DNA from: Heteronotia binoei
Lineage: Eukaryota
DNA: 64,000 nt
NCBI RefSeq assembly: GCF_032191835.1
Contig: NC_083227.1
Location: forward strand, 39,246,001-39,310,000
Direction: 5' to 3'
Shown: one piece after another, positions 61,432-64,000 of the stretch
Position numbering within the stretch: the first letter of the stretch is position 1
Layout of the letters: every line of letters begins with the position of its first letter
Program-made: the position numbers and the translations under genes
Notes under the pieces: model-generated
Database searches by the model: none
The model's input: only the letters and a program-made list of their open reading frames with translations
Told to the model about the DNA's origin: nothing

Positions 61432-63168
61432 CTCTGAGCTGCAGTGTAGCTTCACAATGCAGTGCAGCTGCAAAGGGGGATATGGAGGCGGGCAAGATTT
61501 ATGTTGCATCCATGGCACAATGGAGGGAAAGGGCCATGGCCACCCCTGCTATACCATTCATTGTGCCAGCCTTTTCCATACAGATTTGCAGCACATGGGT
61601 TCCTAATTTCACGATGGAAAATGCCCAGAGATTTTGAGAAATGGGATTTGAGGAGGGTGGTGTTTGAGAAGGGGAGGGAGTTTGGCAGTGTATAATGCCA
61701 CAGAGTCCACCTTTCAAAGCTCCCATATTTTCTGAGGAAACTGATCTCTGATGTCTTGGAGATGAGCTGTAATTCTGAGAACTCTCCATGACTGACCTAG
61801 AGGTGGGCAACTCTGTTAGGCACAGAATTCAGCATTCTGAGGATCACAGTCTAAAAACAAAACCAATTTAGCAACAAAACACATGGAAGTGCTCACAAGA
61901 TGCTGGTGAGATCTCAGAAGCCAAGGATAAGTGTTGACTTAGCGCTGCTTTACCAATATAGTCTCCTTGAGATAATCCAAGTAAATGCCACCCCAAAAAA
62001 ACAGGCATTCATTTGCTTAACATCTTCAGGTCAGATAATTTATCTATCCTCTGTCCAGACTTTTGGGATGGTCAAACATTTGAAGCCTTTTGAAGTCAGA
62101 ATGTACACACCCTTACAAAAAAAACCCCTTTATTTGTTGTATTTCATTTTGCTTGTCAACCACATGAAATAACTCTCAGAGCAGCATTGAGTAAATCAAA
62201 CTGGAAAGAAATAGCAGTTAAAAATGTAACAGAAATGAAGTCTTTTATAGAGCCAGACATGCCGAAAGTGTCCTTAGCTGATGTCTCCTAGCCCAACCTT
62301 AGTGATTTCAATTGCTGGCTGCAAGCAAATGTGTTATTTCTGAAGGGTCTATGCACAGAGAAACAATCCTCCCCTCCTCTCATTACCTCCATGCCCCACA
62401 TTCTGAAAGAATCACCATGTGGACATCTTTAATCAACCCAAGTCTTACTGAAGTAGATATGTGGGGAAGAACTGCATGTCCCATAAGCCTTTGGGTTTTC
62501 CCCAAAAGCAGGAAGAAGGGGCGTGTTCCTTCTTTTGCTAGAGAGAGCGCATCTGGTTTGGTCGGGGTTGTGAGTAGGAAGAGTTCCTTGGCAACGAGTC
62601 CAGTGGAAGAGACTGAGGCGGGAAAAACGATTTAGCAAGCACTCCTGTAATGTACTGAAGTCGGAGACGTTCATATGGCAACATGCTTTATTTGTGAGTA
62701 CATCACAAAGAGAACATGGTGGGGCTGGGTCCCCCGTTATATACATTTCCCGGAACAACCTTCTTCCTGGTCAGGTCCAATCCTGGCCAGTTAAACTTCC
62801 CTCCGCTGATCGTCATAGGCGGGCTGCGTTCTTCCCTTCCAGGCACCACCCACAGGTGCGCTGTGCTGTCCTTTCTGGGACAAATGCCAGACACGACACT
62901 CCTCCCCCCCCCTAGTTCAAGATACATAGTCTTTCAAATGCTCTCTGATCGACCACCGAGGTTCGATCTGAGGAGCTGGGGCTGCTGCCTAGGGTTCTGT
63001 AACCGCTGGTTCCCCACTTTGGGCCGCGGTCAGCAAAGTGTGTCTCGAACCTGTGGAGGTATCTCTCCCACCCTGTACTGCTCCTCCACCAGCCAACCCG
63101 GCGAACTTGGCAGGGTTGCTTCTTGCGGCGGCCCCGTGCTCTCCCCGTTCCCCACTCCCCCTGGCCCT

Positions 63169-63417
63169 GCCAGTTTGGTGTAGTGGTTAAGTGCGCGGAC
63201 TCTTATCTGGGAGAACCGGGTTTGATTCCCCACTCCTCCACTTGCACCTGGTGGAATGGCCTTGGGTCAGCCATAGCCCTGGCAGAGGTTGTCCTTGAAA
63301 GGGCAGCTACTGTGAGAGCCCTCTCAGCCCCACCCACCTCACAGGGTGTCTGTTGTGGGGGGAGAAGATATGGGAGATTGTAAGCCGCTCTGAGTCTCTG
63401 ATTCAGAGAGAAGGGCG
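63169..63417 (+). mobile_element. Squam3-like SINE
   Basis: Same head and body as 34041. Confidence 0.8.
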
Positions 63418-63570
63418 NNNNNNNNNNNNNNNNNNNNNNNNNNNNNNNNNNNNNNNNNNNNNNNNNNNNNNNNNNNNNNNNNNNNNNNNNNNNNNNNNNN
63501 NNNNNNNNNNNNNNNNNNNNNNNNNNNNNNNNNNNNNNNNNNNNNNNNNNNNNNNNNNNNNNNNNNNNNN
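63418..63570. other. Assembly gap (153 N)
   Basis: N run. Confidence 1.
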
Positions 63571-64000
63571 GCAGAGTTGGTCTATGTGTCAGTGGAGAAG
63601 CTGCCCCCCTTCTGACGAGACCTCATATGAGCGGGATCCGGTGAGCCGCAGCACCCGAGCTGGTATTTACTCCGGCCTGCTTGCAAAGTTTTTGGCATAG
63701 ACCAGATCCCCTGGAAAGAACCCCCTAGTGGCCTCCCTGGTCTCAGGGGAGCTGCGGAGGTCTGGGACCCGGTCGGGGTGTAACCTATCGAGTCGGGTGG
63801 TTAACTGCCTGCCCATGAGTAACGTGGTAGGGCTTACGCCTGTAGCCAGCTTGGGGTTGATCCTGTTCCCAAACAGAAAGGCAGACAGTCGGTGGTCCCA
63901 ATCCTCTTGGACTATGAGACCCAGGGCCTCCTTGGTTGTATGAACCATGCACCCTGCTTGGCCATTAGTGGCCAGGTGAAAGGTAGAGGACCGTATGTGG

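Larger units (their letters stand above)
62646..64000 (-). mobile_element. 3' part of a second Gypsy element (Mag/K02A2.6-like integrase, no chromodomain), interrupted by a SINE and a gap
   Basis: LTR 62646-62898 (TG...CA), PPT aggggggggaggag, ORF end HLKDYVS*, integrase HIRSSTFHLATNGQA...TGVSPTTLLMGR. Confidence 0.82.

Overview
Vertebrate genomic DNA, most likely a squamate (gecko-like; inferred from the SINE/LINE families). The backbone is a head-to-tail tandem array of minus-strand cholinesterase-like genes with the BCHE exon layout: a putative short non-coding exon 1, a ~1.49 kb exon 2 whose ATG is 8 nt after the acceptor, and a 164-166 nt exon 3. I label the units A to E. A (exon 2 9140-10632) has no exon 3 inside the window. 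B is 5'-truncated (exon 2 remnant 28222-29109, exon 3 26408-26571). C (31971-33454 + 30129-30285) and D (43868-45351 + 42688-42844) are complete 546-aa ORFs. E is an exon-less remnant (55197-56955). The Ser/Glu/His triad is kept, but the choline-binding Trp is Phe in A, C and D (segment missing in B), and the residue before the catalytic Ser differs in each copy (E, V, H, Q). Many transposons are inserted. The main one is a young, intact Tf1/sushi-type chromodomain Gypsy (3171-8670) with a self-priming signal, a -1 frameshift pseudoknot, and a pol ORF that runs into the LTR. That LTR-encoded peptide is conserved at protein level in a diverged solo LTR at 47059-47594. Also present: Penelope, L1, L2, CR1, BovB, Copia and Ngaro-like fragments, a second Gypsy, hAT and Harbinger MITEs, and tRNA- and 5S-derived SINEs. 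There are two assembly gaps. All comparisons were made by eye; no database search was run.
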